64,000 nucleotides of DNA from an uncultured Planctomycetota bacterium. GTDB taxonomy: Bacteria > Planctomycetota > PLA2 > JAEUHO01. Below, piece by piece: positions 37,256 through 46,154 of this stretch. Every line of letters starts with the position of its first letter. Within the stretch, counting starts at the first letter, position 1. Under the pieces are notes generated by a model. The model searched no databases and had not been told where the DNA came from. It saw only the letters and a program-made list of their open reading frames with translations. The translations under genes were made by a program, and so were the position numbers. The stretch is taken from positions 1,248,001 to 1,312,000 of the forward strand of contig CAVVXN010000005.1 of the NCBI GenBank assembly GCA_963752285.1, given 5' to 3'.

Positions 37256-38343
37256 GCGGTCCGCGTCGCGCGGTGCGCGCCCTGGGGCAGGATGAGGTTC
37301 ATCTCGGTGTGGCAGTTCCAGAGGCACGCGCGGCAGTCGTGGAGAGCGTCGCGCGCCCGCGCGTAGGCGGCGCTCCTCCAGAGCCGGGCGAGCGGGACCC
37401 GCCCGACGGGCTGGCGCGTCTCCATGCGCGGGAAACACGCGAAGACGTCGCCGTAGCAGTCCACGACCACGCTGGTGTAGGGCGCGTAGCAGTCGAGCGG
37501 GCTGGGTGTCCCCCGGAGCGCCGCCGGCACGAGGTCGAGGTACGACGGGCTGTTGTCGAGCGCGCCCGCCTCCCGGAGCCGGGCGAGGGTCGCGGAGAGC
37601 CGGGCGAGGTCCGCGGGCGCGACCGGCGCCTCGCCCTGGCCGAAGTCGTGCACGGGGATCACGCCCACCCGGTCGGCCCCGGCCGCGAGGGCCACCCGGG
37701 CGACGTCCTCGAGCGACGTGAGGTTCTTCGAGGTGAGGACCGTCACCGCGGTCAACCGAGGCCGCCGCGCCGCGCCGCGCGCGCGCGCGAGCACAGAGAG
37801 CGCGCGACACGCGTCGTCGAACGCTCCGGCGCGACCGCGCGCGGCGTCGTGCGTCGCGGCCGTCGCGCCGTCGAGGGAGACGTTCACCGACCGGACGCCC
37901 GTGCCGAGCAGCCCGCGCGCGCGGCGCTCCACGTCGAAGCCGTCCGTGTTCAGGTGCGCGTGCAGGCCGAGGCTCGTCGCGTAGGCGAGCAGGTCCTCGA
38001 GGTCGCGACGGAGCATCGGCTCGCCGCCCGTCACGCCGACCCCGGCGGTCCCGATCGCCTTCATGTCGCGCAGCACGGCACGAAGCGCTCGGGTGTCGAG
38101 CTCGCGGATCCCCCGCCGGCGGTTCTCGAGCGCGCGATAGGGCAGGTCACAGACCCGGCACCTCAGGTTGCACCGGTACGTCACGAGGAGCGTACCGAGC
38201 GTGGGCCCCACCAGGGGCCGGCGCGCGCGGCGCGCCAGCGCGGAGCCCACCCAGCGCACGCCGAGGTCGAGGAGCCCCGCCCAGTCGCCGCCGCGAACGC
38301 GGTCGAGGACCACGTCCTCGTACTGGCGCCGGGGGCGCATCAC
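37252..38343 (-). CDS. Radical SAM protein with SPASM/Twitch domain
   Basis: TYRCNLRCRVC, TGGEPMLR, NVSLDG, C-terminal CYAP...GDVFAC...CRACLWNC. Confidence 0.9.
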   Translation of the reverse strand: MMRPRRQYEDVVLDRVRGGDWAGLLDLGVRWVGSALARRARRPLVGPTLGTLLVTYRCNLRCRVCDLPYRALENRRRGIRELDTRALRAVLRDMKAIGTAGVGVTGGEPMLRRDLEDLLAYATSLGLHAHLNTDGFDVERRARGLLGTGVRSVNVSLDGATAATHDAARGRAGAFDDACRALSVLARARGAARRPRLTAVTVLTSKNLTSLEDVARVALAAGADRVGVIPVHDFGQGEAPVAPADLARLSATLARLREAGALDNSPSYLDLVPAALRGTPSPLDCYAPYTSVVVDCYGDVFACFPRMETRQPVGRVPLARLWRSAAYARARDALHDCRACLWNCHTEMNLILPQGAHRATRTA

Positions 38344-39431
38344 GCCGTGGCCCGCCGGCTGCGACCCGAGGGCACGTCCGGCGACGCCTCGGCGGGCGAC
38401 GAGAATCGCGGGGCGGCGGCGTCGGTGGGGTACTCGGTGCAGCGCGCGCAGATCGGCGGGAGGTCGCCGGACACGTGCCTCTGCCGCAGCCGCCGCATCG
38501 CGGGGCCGTTCCAGATCTCACGGAGCGACGCCCGGCGGGCGTCCCCCACCGCCAGCTCGCCGTCGTGGTCCACGCAGCACGCGGTGACGCGTCCGTCCTG
38601 CAGCACGACGGGGCCGCCGCGCCACGGCTCACGGCACCGCGTCCGGCGCGTGCCGTGCGTGAGCACCGGGATGCGCTGTACGCGATCGACGACCCCGGTG
38701 AAGCGCGCCGCGAACCGGGAGGCCGCCGCTTCCGTCTCGGGCGCCACGACCATCGACACGTCCACGGCCGTCCGCGCGCCGCGGGCGTCTCGAGCGGCGA
38801 GCAAGCGTTCGATCCCCCGCTCGACGCGTTCGAGCGAGACGCCGCGGACGGCTTCGTGCGTGCGCGCGTCTCCGTCCACGGAGACCGTGACCCGGTCCAC
38901 CCCCGCGTCCAACAGCTCCTTCACGCGACGGTCGTCGAGGAGCGTGCCGTTCGTCGTCACGAACGTCCGCGCGCCCGCGCGGCGCGCGCGGAGGGCGAGC
39001 TCGCCGAAGCGCGGATGGAGGAGGGGCTCGCCCCACTGGAAGAGCAGGACGAAGTCGAGCGGCCGAGCGAGGCGCAACACGCGGTCGAAGAGGCTCGGGT
39101 CCATGAGCCCCCGGGGGCGCGTCATCCGGCCGTTTCCCGTGGGACAGAACGTGCACTTCAGGTTGCAGCGGTTCGTCACCTCGAGGTTCGCCGACACGAG
39201 GAACGGCGCACGGGTCCGACCGAGCCGGTACGCGACCTCGTTGGCGACGCCCGCGACGACCGTCCGGAGGCTTCGGTAGCGGATCGCGATCACCACGGCG
39301 AGCTCGGGGCGCCTCAGATAGAGGCGCGCGACGATCTCGCCGAGCCAGCGCGAGGGCCCGCGCACGTCGGCCGCCCGGGACCTCGGCCCGCTCGGGCCCG
39401 CGCGTCTGCGGGGGTGGCCTCGATCGCTCAC
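38340..39431 (-). CDS. Radical SAM protein with Twitch-like domain
   Basis: EVTNRCNLKCTFC, WGEPLLHP, TTNGTLL, C-terminal CREPW...GRVTACC.D...IWNG...CARC. Start uncertain; GTG 39431 with GAGG chosen. Confidence 0.88.
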   Translation of the reverse strand: MSDRGHPRRRAGPSGPRSRAADVRGPSRWLGEIVARLYLRRPELAVVIAIRYRSLRTVVAGVANEVAYRLGRTRAPFLVSANLEVTNRCNLKCTFCPTGNGRMTRPRGLMDPSLFDRVLRLARPLDFVLLFQWGEPLLHPRFGELALRARRAGARTFVTTNGTLLDDRRVKELLDAGVDRVTVSVDGDARTHEAVRGVSLERVERGIERLLAARDARGARTAVDVSMVVAPETEAAASRFAARFTGVVDRVQRIPVLTHGTRRTRCREPWRGGPVVLQDGRVTACCVDHDGELAVGDARRASLREIWNGPAMRRLRQRHVSGDLPPICARCTEYPTDAAAPRFSSPAEASPDVPSGRSRRATA

Positions 39432-39476
39432 GGTGTGCCTCGGCGTCCCGCCCGCCCGGGATGGCGCCCGACGAGA

Positions 39477-39514
39477 CGACGGGCGCCCCCCGGCCTTCCG
39501 CGGGGCGCCCGTCG
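39477..39514. terminator. Strong hairpin downstream of the 995-aa lipoprotein gene
   Basis: cgacgggcgcccc (39477-39489) pairs with ggggcgcccgtcg (39502-39514); no clear U-tract. Confidence 0.55.
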
Positions 39515-39576
39515 GGGATCGGACGTCGCGCGCCGAGGCGGGCACGGCCCGGCTCCGGCGCGCGCGCGGTCCAGGC

Positions 39577-42564
39577 TCAGCGCACGAACTGGATCGTGAA
39601 GTCGGTGATCGCCGGGAGCGGCTCGGTGGCCTGGGGGTACCCCGACTTCACCTGCATGCGCCAGCGGTACCGGATGTACCTCGACCCGTCGACGTCGGAG
39701 ATGTTCGAGCTCCACTGCGTCAGGCCGACGCCCGTCGCAGGGATCCCGCCCGATCCCGGGACCGGCGAGAGGGACGCCGCGCCCTGGAACTCCACCACCA
39801 CCAGGTAGTCGGTCCCCAAGGTGACGCCGTCCGCCGTCAGATTGTCGAAGTCCGAGCTCCAGAACGGCGTGTCGAACACCGCGGTGTTCGTGAACATGTC
39901 GTACCACTGGCTGACGCCGGCCGAGTTCTCGTTGATGGTCGGCTTGTACTCGAGCTGCGACTCGGGCGGGCTGATGGACGCTCCCGCGTCCACGTTCACG
40001 TTGTTCGCCGCGCCCAGGTACGCCAGGACGACCTTCCCGGTCGAGCCGTTCCCGCCTACGAGGTCCGCGTCGCCTGCGTGGCCGCCGAGCCCGCCCTCTG
40101 CGGAGATCACGGCGGTGCTCATCACGGTCACGCCCTGGGCGCCGAACACGAATACGCCGCCGCCGGCGCCGCCGCCACCCGGTCCGCCCCGTCCCGAGGG
40201 AAGGGCGCCCGGAGTGACGCCGGTGATGCGGTCCGCGTTCTCGTCGGTCCCGCCGGGCGCCCCGTCGGCGCCGAGGTCCACGACCTGGTCCGCGACCGCG
40301 AACGTGCTGCCACCGTTACCGCCGTCGGCGACGATCGAGCCGCCGATCGACACCTGGCCCGCGGCCAGGATCCAGAGGCCGCCGCCGCCGCCGCCGCCAC
40401 CGCCGCCGCCCGCGTCGCCGTTGTTGATGCTGGAGTCGGAATTGGTGTCCTCGCAGCCGCCGCCGCCGCCGCCCGGCCCGCCGGACACGTCGGTGTTCGG
40501 CGAGTACGTGCGGTCGGGCGCGAAACGAGACAGGTCACGGGAGAACGTCGCGTCCCCGATCAGGCTGCCGCCGTTCCCGACGCCGTTCCCGTTCGCGTCG
40601 GTACCCGCCGCCCCGGCCGCGGCGAAACCACCGCCGCCGCCGCCCGCCTGCCCGGGCGCCATCCCCTGGTCGCCGCCGGCGCCGCCGTTCACGCTGTCCG
40701 CGCCGAAGACCAGCTCGCGGGGCGCACCGGGGTTCCCGATGCCCTGCGAGTTCTGGACGCGAAGCGGGTCCCCGCCCGCGCCTCCGGCGCCGCCGCCCGC
40801 GCCCGGCATCCCACCCGTGCCAGCCGGGCTCGCGGCGCCCGGGACCGTGTAGCGCGTCGAGCCGTCGGTGTCGAGGCCGGGGGCGCCGTCGTGCCCGATC
40901 AGGTCGATCGTGCCGTCGAGGTGCACGTCGCCGCGACAGAGGATCAGGAGCGGGCGGCTGCCCGCCACGCCCAAGGAGTCGCCCGCGCGCAGGTTGAAGG
41001 ACGTGAACTCGTAGATCCCGTCCCCGTTCACGGAGTTCCCCGGCACGGGGTCGGTCCCGAGGCTCAGGTTCGCGCCGCCGCCGCCGCTGTCGAACGCGCC
41101 GTCCGCGCCCGTTCCGGCCCACGGCTTGTAGACCGCCTTCAGACGCCCGGTCCCCGTGTCGACGTCGGTGTTGACGGAGAGGCTCGAGAGACCGAGGAAC
41201 CGGAATCCGCCGTTCCAGTTCATCGTGGTGGACTGGCCCACGCCCGTCGCGTTGTAGAGGAGGGTGAACTCGGGCGCGGAGACGTTCGTGCCGGGGATCG
41301 GCTCGCGGAGGTCGCCGGTCCCGGGGTTCGTCTCCTCGAACACGCCGGGCTCGTTCGTCGAGCTCAGCGCGTCGCCCCACTCGTTCAGGTTCGTGTTGAA
41401 CCCCTCGTTGAACGACTGCGCGGTGCCCGGCACCTTCAGCGTGACGAAGTAGTAGCGGTAGCCGGGCGGGACCGCGCCGGACTGGTTCACGTTCGCTTCG
41501 ATCGCCTCGTACCCGCCGATCGAAGGGCTCGGCCGGTCGTCGATCCGGAGCGGGAAGCCGGGCAGGTCGGTGACGTCCGGGGTGATGTTCAGCATGTAGG
41601 TGCCCTGCGGCACGCCGCCGACCGGGATCCCGAACTCGTCCTCGTTCGCCGCCGACAGGATGATCGCCGCGTCGGTGAGCGACTGATTGACGACCGGCTT
41701 GTTCGTCCGAATCGGCTCCGGCGGGATCGGCACCCTCTCGGTGTCGCCGACGCGCCAGAGCTGGACGTTCAGGCCGAGCTTCGTCGTGGGCACCCAGGGC
41801 TCGACCGTGAGCGGGTCCAGCGGCTCGTTGAAGGCGAAGATGATCGCCGGGAGGTTGATCGCGCCGGGGGTCACGGCGGAGGGTACGCCCACGGCCTGCT
41901 GGTTGTGGGTGGGCGTGCACTGGTCGAGGATCACCTGCGGCGAACCCTGGTTCCTCAGGCAGAGGAGCTTCGCCCCGATGCCCGACCCGAATTGCACACT
42001 CCCGTCGAAGAGGGTGTTGTCGGGGTTCTGCAGGCAGCCCTCGTCGTCGCTACGCCCGCCCTGGCTCGGCGCCAGGCCGTGGTGGATCGGCCGGCGGGGC
42101 TCGACGAACGTCGGGAACGGCGTGGTGGTGAACTGGTAGCCCTGCGCGTCCGTCAGGGGCGACCCCGAGATCGACACGATGGTCGAGGGCGCGGGGAAGA
42201 CGGCGAAGTCGATGCTGTACGTGACCCCCGGCCCGTACCCGGCGTCGCTGTAGCTCGAGACCGTCGGGTTGCGCGGGATCAGGCCGACGAGGTTCCCGTC
42301 CACGACCGGCGCCTCGAAGTAGGGCCCGACGGCGCCCGTGACGCGCAGCGTGTCGGGCGTGATGCTCGACTGGGAGACGAAGGACGAGAACGTGAACACG
42401 CACGGGTCGTCGAGGGCGATGCCGGCGACGTTCGGCTTGTTGAAGCCGAGGAGCACCAGGTTCCCGCCCGAGCCCCCGCTGCCGCTCCCGCCCCCACCGC
42501 AGGAGGTGGCGCCGAGGGAGACCGCGAGGACGGCGGCGACCAGAAAGACACAAGAACGTCGCAT
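39577..42564 (-). CDS. 995-aa surface lipoprotein with Ig-like (Big_5-like) domains and a Gly-rich region
   Basis: Lipobox LGATS-C-GGGG; FAFNEPLDP...VTDLPGFPL Ig-like motif; long Gly-rich segment; AAGGAG RBS. Confidence 0.8.
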   Translation of the reverse strand: MRRSCVFLVAAVLAVSLGATSCGGGGSGSGGSGGNLVLLGFNKPNVAGIALDDPCVFTFSSFVSQSSITPDTLRVTGAVGPYFEAPVVDGNLVGLIPRNPTVSSYSDAGYGPGVTYSIDFAVFPAPSTIVSISGSPLTDAQGYQFTTTPFPTFVEPRRPIHHGLAPSQGGRSDDEGCLQNPDNTLFDGSVQFGSGIGAKLLCLRNQGSPQVILDQCTPTHNQQAVGVPSAVTPGAINLPAIIFAFNEPLDPLTVEPWVPTTKLGLNVQLWRVGDTERVPIPPEPIRTNKPVVNQSLTDAAIILSAANEDEFGIPVGGVPQGTYMLNITPDVTDLPGFPLRIDDRPSPSIGGYEAIEANVNQSGAVPPGYRYYFVTLKVPGTAQSFNEGFNTNLNEWGDALSSTNEPGVFEETNPGTGDLREPIPGTNVSAPEFTLLYNATGVGQSTTMNWNGGFRFLGLSSLSVNTDVDTGTGRLKAVYKPWAGTGADGAFDSGGGGANLSLGTDPVPGNSVNGDGIYEFTSFNLRAGDSLGVAGSRPLLILCRGDVHLDGTIDLIGHDGAPGLDTDGSTRYTVPGAASPAGTGGMPGAGGGAGGAGGDPLRVQNSQGIGNPGAPRELVFGADSVNGGAGGDQGMAPGQAGGGGGGFAAAGAAGTDANGNGVGNGGSLIGDATFSRDLSRFAPDRTYSPNTDVSGGPGGGGGGCEDTNSDSSINNGDAGGGGGGGGGGGLWILAAGQVSIGGSIVADGGNGGSTFAVADQVVDLGADGAPGGTDENADRITGVTPGALPSGRGGPGGGGAGGGVFVFGAQGVTVMSTAVISAEGGLGGHAGDADLVGGNGSTGKVVLAYLGAANNVNVDAGASISPPESQLEYKPTINENSAGVSQWYDMFTNTAVFDTPFWSSDFDNLTADGVTLGTDYLVVVEFQGAASLSPVPGSGGIPATGVGLTQWSSNISDVDGSRYIRYRWRMQVKSGYPQATEPLPAITDFTIQFVR

Positions 42565-42651
42565 GGAGGCTCCTTCGCTACCTGACGGCCCCGTCCTCCG
42601 GGCCCGTCGTGGCGTCCCGGAGTGCGTGGAGGAGGTCGTCCTGCCGCATCG

Positions 42652-44844
42652 TCAGTCCGCGTTCACCACCGGCAGCGTCACGTCGTACAGGCGCGCCTTC
42701 GTCTGCGTGAGGAGGTTCGAGACCATCCGAATGCGCCAGCGGATGCACTTGTACCCGTCACAGTCGTTCACGTTCTGCGTCCAGCCCGTGTAGGCCTGCG
42801 AGGTGTTGATCGTGCGGCGGTCGGGCCCCACGGCCTGCGCTCCCTGGTACTCGACGACCACCTGTGCGCCGCCCGACTGCACGGAGGGCGTCAGCTGGAT
42901 CGGCCGGTAGTCGGAGCTCGCCCCGAAGGTCGTCTGGACGGAGGGCGAGGTCGCGCCCGTGTCCGTGTAGAAGAGCGTCTGCGCGTTGCTGACCCGCTTC
43001 GTGATCGTGAAGACCGTGTCCGTTACGCTCGGCTCCGGGTTCTGGATGCTGAACCCGTTCGACGCCGGGTCGGGCGAGTCGGCTTCGTACGTGCTGTACA
43101 TGCGCCGGTACGGGAACCCGGGGATCAGGAAGCCCGAGCACGGGTACGTCGCGCCGTACCAGCCGCGGATCTGCTGCCAGGTGTCCCCCTCCTTCGAGCT
43201 GACGTCGAAGATGAACACCTTGTCGCCCTGGATGATCGCGTCGCCGTCGTCCCACTCGAAGAACGAGTTGAAGGACGGCCAGTTCACGAAGCCCGTGTAG
43301 GCGAAGAGGGGGTCGTTCCAGTTGTTGGAGCAGACGAAGGGCCGGCCCGCGTAGGGGTTCGGGTACGGCGTGGGGTTCGTGACGGTGTTGCCCACGTTCG
43401 CCTTCTGGTTCACGCGGTACTCGCCCGTGTACAGGATGGTCGGGTTCCCCTCGTAGTTCCCGGAGAACTGTGGCGAGAGGCTGAGCGAGGCGTTCTTCTG
43501 GTACCCGCAGCGGATCGTGACCCCCGGGTAGATCGCCGCGAACGTCGCGTTGCTGTCGGGCCCCCACCCGGCCGAGGTGATCGCGCCGTCGGGCCCCATC
43601 TCGGTGTCGGTGAACGCCCACATCACGCGCCGCCCGTCGGAGGTCGGCGGGGTGATGCCCGAGACGTACTGGTTGAGGGCCGCGCCGATGAGCGGGGACG
43701 TGAACGCGGCGTACTGACCGAAGTCGTCCGAGGTCGCGCCGTCGCCCTGGAACGAGAACCCGAAGATCCGGGCGTCGCGGCTCGAGATCGGCTGGCCCTG
43801 CAGCACGCCGTCCTCGGTCGTCCCCCAGTCGGCCTCGTTGTTCACGAAGTCGATGTTCCCGGAGGAGGTGAAGTCCTCCTCGAGGACCACGCCCGTCTCG
43901 ATGCCTGCGCCGTCGCAGGTGTACGGGCCGAACGTGCGCGGGTTGACCAGCAGGTTCCCGGCGAGGTCCTTCAAGCCCTGGAACACCTGGGACGCGAAGA
44001 CGTACTTCTTGTCGCCGAACGAGAACGTGGGCGTGAAGAAGTACGTGACGTCCGCGGCGTCGTGCGTGAAGTACCCCGCCACCTTCTGCCCGACACCCGA
44101 ACCGTTCACCAGGCCGTTGTCGATGTTGATCTGCTCGGACGAGAGGTAGCGCACGTCGATCGTGGTCAGCGAGTCGGGTCCGTTGGCCCCGCCGAGGATG
44201 AAGGACGACGGGTCCATCGGCTCGTTGAACTCGAACGCCATCACCGCGTTGCCCGGGAACTGGCCGGTCAGCGGGTTCACTGCGAAGCGGTCCGGGATCG
44301 AGTAGACACGGACCACCTGCGGGGGCACGAGTTCGCGGAGGTACCCGTCCGAGGTCACGAACGTGGTGAAGAAGCTGCTCTGGCACGGGTCGTCGTCGAG
44401 GTTCTTGATCACGTCCAGCGACTCGTCGATGCTCGGGATGTACACGCTGTACTGCGTGGCCGGCTCGAAGCCGAACGGGTTCGGCTGGCCCTGTGCGGTC
44501 ACCGTCGGGTCGAAGAGGATGACGTTCCCGTCCACGGCGAACGAGCCCTTCGGGACCGACTGCCCACCCGAGCCGTAGCGGACCTGGAACGACTGCGTGT
44601 TCACCGAGGCGGCGTAGACCTTCTCCGCCATCACGGCCTTCAGCTCGATGTTCCGCGGCGCGTTCGTGGTCCCCGTGGGCGCGGTCGGGTTGAGTGCGCG
44701 GTCCACGAAGAGGAACTGCAGCAGGACCATGGGCTTCGCGGCGTATCCGCCGCCCCCGCCGCAGGACGTGGTGAGTGTGGCCAGCGAAAGCACGGCCGCG
44801 AACAGGATGAGAGCCCCCAGACGGGAGATCGCGTGGCGCAGCAT
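42652..44844 (-). CDS. 730-aa surface lipoprotein with Ig-like domains, paralogue of its neighbour
   Basis: Lipobox LTTS-C-GGGG; PPQVVRV, FEFNEPMDPSS, LKDLAGNLL; shared C-terminal QGA..W..DG..IRWR module; start ATG 44844. Confidence 0.8.
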   Translation of the reverse strand: MLRHAISRLGALILFAAVLSLATLTTSCGGGGGYAAKPMVLLQFLFVDRALNPTAPTGTTNAPRNIELKAVMAEKVYAASVNTQSFQVRYGSGGQSVPKGSFAVDGNVILFDPTVTAQGQPNPFGFEPATQYSVYIPSIDESLDVIKNLDDDPCQSSFFTTFVTSDGYLRELVPPQVVRVYSIPDRFAVNPLTGQFPGNAVMAFEFNEPMDPSSFILGGANGPDSLTTIDVRYLSSEQINIDNGLVNGSGVGQKVAGYFTHDAADVTYFFTPTFSFGDKKYVFASQVFQGLKDLAGNLLVNPRTFGPYTCDGAGIETGVVLEEDFTSSGNIDFVNNEADWGTTEDGVLQGQPISSRDARIFGFSFQGDGATSDDFGQYAAFTSPLIGAALNQYVSGITPPTSDGRRVMWAFTDTEMGPDGAITSAGWGPDSNATFAAIYPGVTIRCGYQKNASLSLSPQFSGNYEGNPTILYTGEYRVNQKANVGNTVTNPTPYPNPYAGRPFVCSNNWNDPLFAYTGFVNWPSFNSFFEWDDGDAIIQGDKVFIFDVSSKEGDTWQQIRGWYGATYPCSGFLIPGFPYRRMYSTYEADSPDPASNGFSIQNPEPSVTDTVFTITKRVSNAQTLFYTDTGATSPSVQTTFGASSDYRPIQLTPSVQSGGAQVVVEYQGAQAVGPDRRTINTSQAYTGWTQNVNDCDGYKCIRWRIRMVSNLLTQTKARLYDVTLPVVNAD

Positions 44845-45271
44845 GGGCTTCCTCTCGTTCCCCTGTCGGTCTCCAGGAGGCCGTGCTGGGGTCTGGGTCC
44901 AACCGGTTCCGACGTACGCGGGAGTCACATGCGGAGAGGACGCACCTCGCCCTTCCGTTCGCGGCTCGGCGCCGACCGTAAGGTGGCCGTACTCTACGGA
45001 TGCCCACTCGACCGGTAAAGGCTTTTGGGGGACCGTCCGACGGGTACGGAGGTTCTTCCGGCGCACGGCAGACGGGGGCAAACGGCATTCCACAGCCTGA
45101 CCGTCCGCCCGCGACACGTAACCGGATGGCAGGAGCCTTCTTACGTTCGTCGTTGATCGCGTCGGACACCCCGGTGGCACGTGCGCAGCCCCGCCCCGAG
45201 CGAATCCGCACGCGGACCCGGACGTAGGGCTGGCGGGCGCTGCACGGGAGCGGCGGACGCGTGCCGGGAGG

Positions 45272-46030
45272 TCAGAGGACGTCCCGCCCGTCCACCACGG
45301 CCTGGGCCGCCGCGGCGCCGAGGAGGCCGAGCCCGGGGTGGCGCCGGCTGGGGAGCGTGAGCCGGGGCGCCAGGTGGCCCGCGTCGCTCCCGGTCAGGAA
45401 GATCTGGGCGCCCGCGGGGGCGCCGGCTCCCACCAGCCGCTCCACGGCGCCGACCGCGCCCTCGAGGACCCCGGCGCGGATCGCGTCCTCGGTGTTCCGG
45501 GCCGGGAAGCCCGCCTCGCCGTCCAGGCTCACGACGGGAAGGCGCGCCGTCCCCGCGGCCAGGGCCCGGACCGAGAGCGAGAGGCCGGGGAGGATCGCGC
45601 CCCCGAGGAGCCGGCCCTCCGCGTCGGCGACGTCCACGGTGAGGGCGGTGCCGCACGATACGACCACCACGGGCGACCGGGCGAGCACCGCGGCGCCGAA
45701 CACCTGCGTCCGCCGGTCGATCCCCACGCGCTCGGGACGCTCCACGAGGGCCGCAGGGAGGCCGGGGTGGTCGGGCCCGACGGTCGCGACGGACCCGAGC
45801 CGCAGCTTCTCGACCTCCCAGGCGAGGTCCTTCGCCTTCCCGGGGTCGCTGCCATAGACGACGAACGAGCCCGCGCCACCGGCGAGCAGCGCCGTGGCCT
45901 CGCCCCGCACGCCGCGGCCGCTCACGTCGGCGAGGCGCCGGGGCCCCGCGACGTCCTCGCCGCGGACGGCTCCGATCTTGGCGCCGGAGTTCCCGACGTC
46001 GATCACGACGTAGAGGTGGCCCTCCGCCAT
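45272..46030 (-). CDS. coaX: Type III pantothenate kinase
   Basis: IDVGNSGAK, RVGIDR, VVSCGTALTVD, GGAILPG, LAAGTARLP, NTEDAIRAG, LTG; GGAGG RBS before ATG 46030. Confidence 0.9.
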   Translation of the reverse strand: MAEGHLYVVIDVGNSGAKIGAVRGEDVAGPRRLADVSGRGVRGEATALLAGGAGSFVVYGSDPGKAKDLAWEVEKLRLGSVATVGPDHPGLPAALVERPERVGIDRRTQVFGAAVLARSPVVVVSCGTALTVDVADAEGRLLGGAILPGLSLSVRALAAGTARLPVVSLDGEAGFPARNTEDAIRAGVLEGAVGAVERLVGAGAPAGAQIFLTGSDAGHLAPRLTLPSRRHPGLGLLGAAAAQAVVDGRDVL

Positions 46031-46154
46031 GGTCCTCCCTCGGCACACCCTGCGGACCGCCTCGGCGGCCGCGAGCGTCCGGGGGTCCATGCTACTCGGC
46101 GTCCCCCTGGAGGGGAGCCGTGCGTCGCGGGCCCGAGGCGCGGCGCCGACGCGG

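Noticed and set aside
33004..39576. RiPP cluster interpretation of the three radical SAM/SPASM genes
   Set aside because: No short precursor ORF, RRE/PqqD domain, peptidase or exporter nearby; the neighbours are glycosyltransferases.
45061..45140. c-di-GMP-I riboswitch-like GGCAAAC seed
   Set aside because: No GAAA tetraloop or GACGCAAA partner, and it is on the wrong strand for the lipoprotein genes.
45175..45189. Sigma-54-like site TGGCACGTGCGCAGC (GG-N10-GC)
   Set aside because: It is on the plus strand pointing into the 3' end of coaX, with no plus-strand gene downstream, and lacks the TTGC element.
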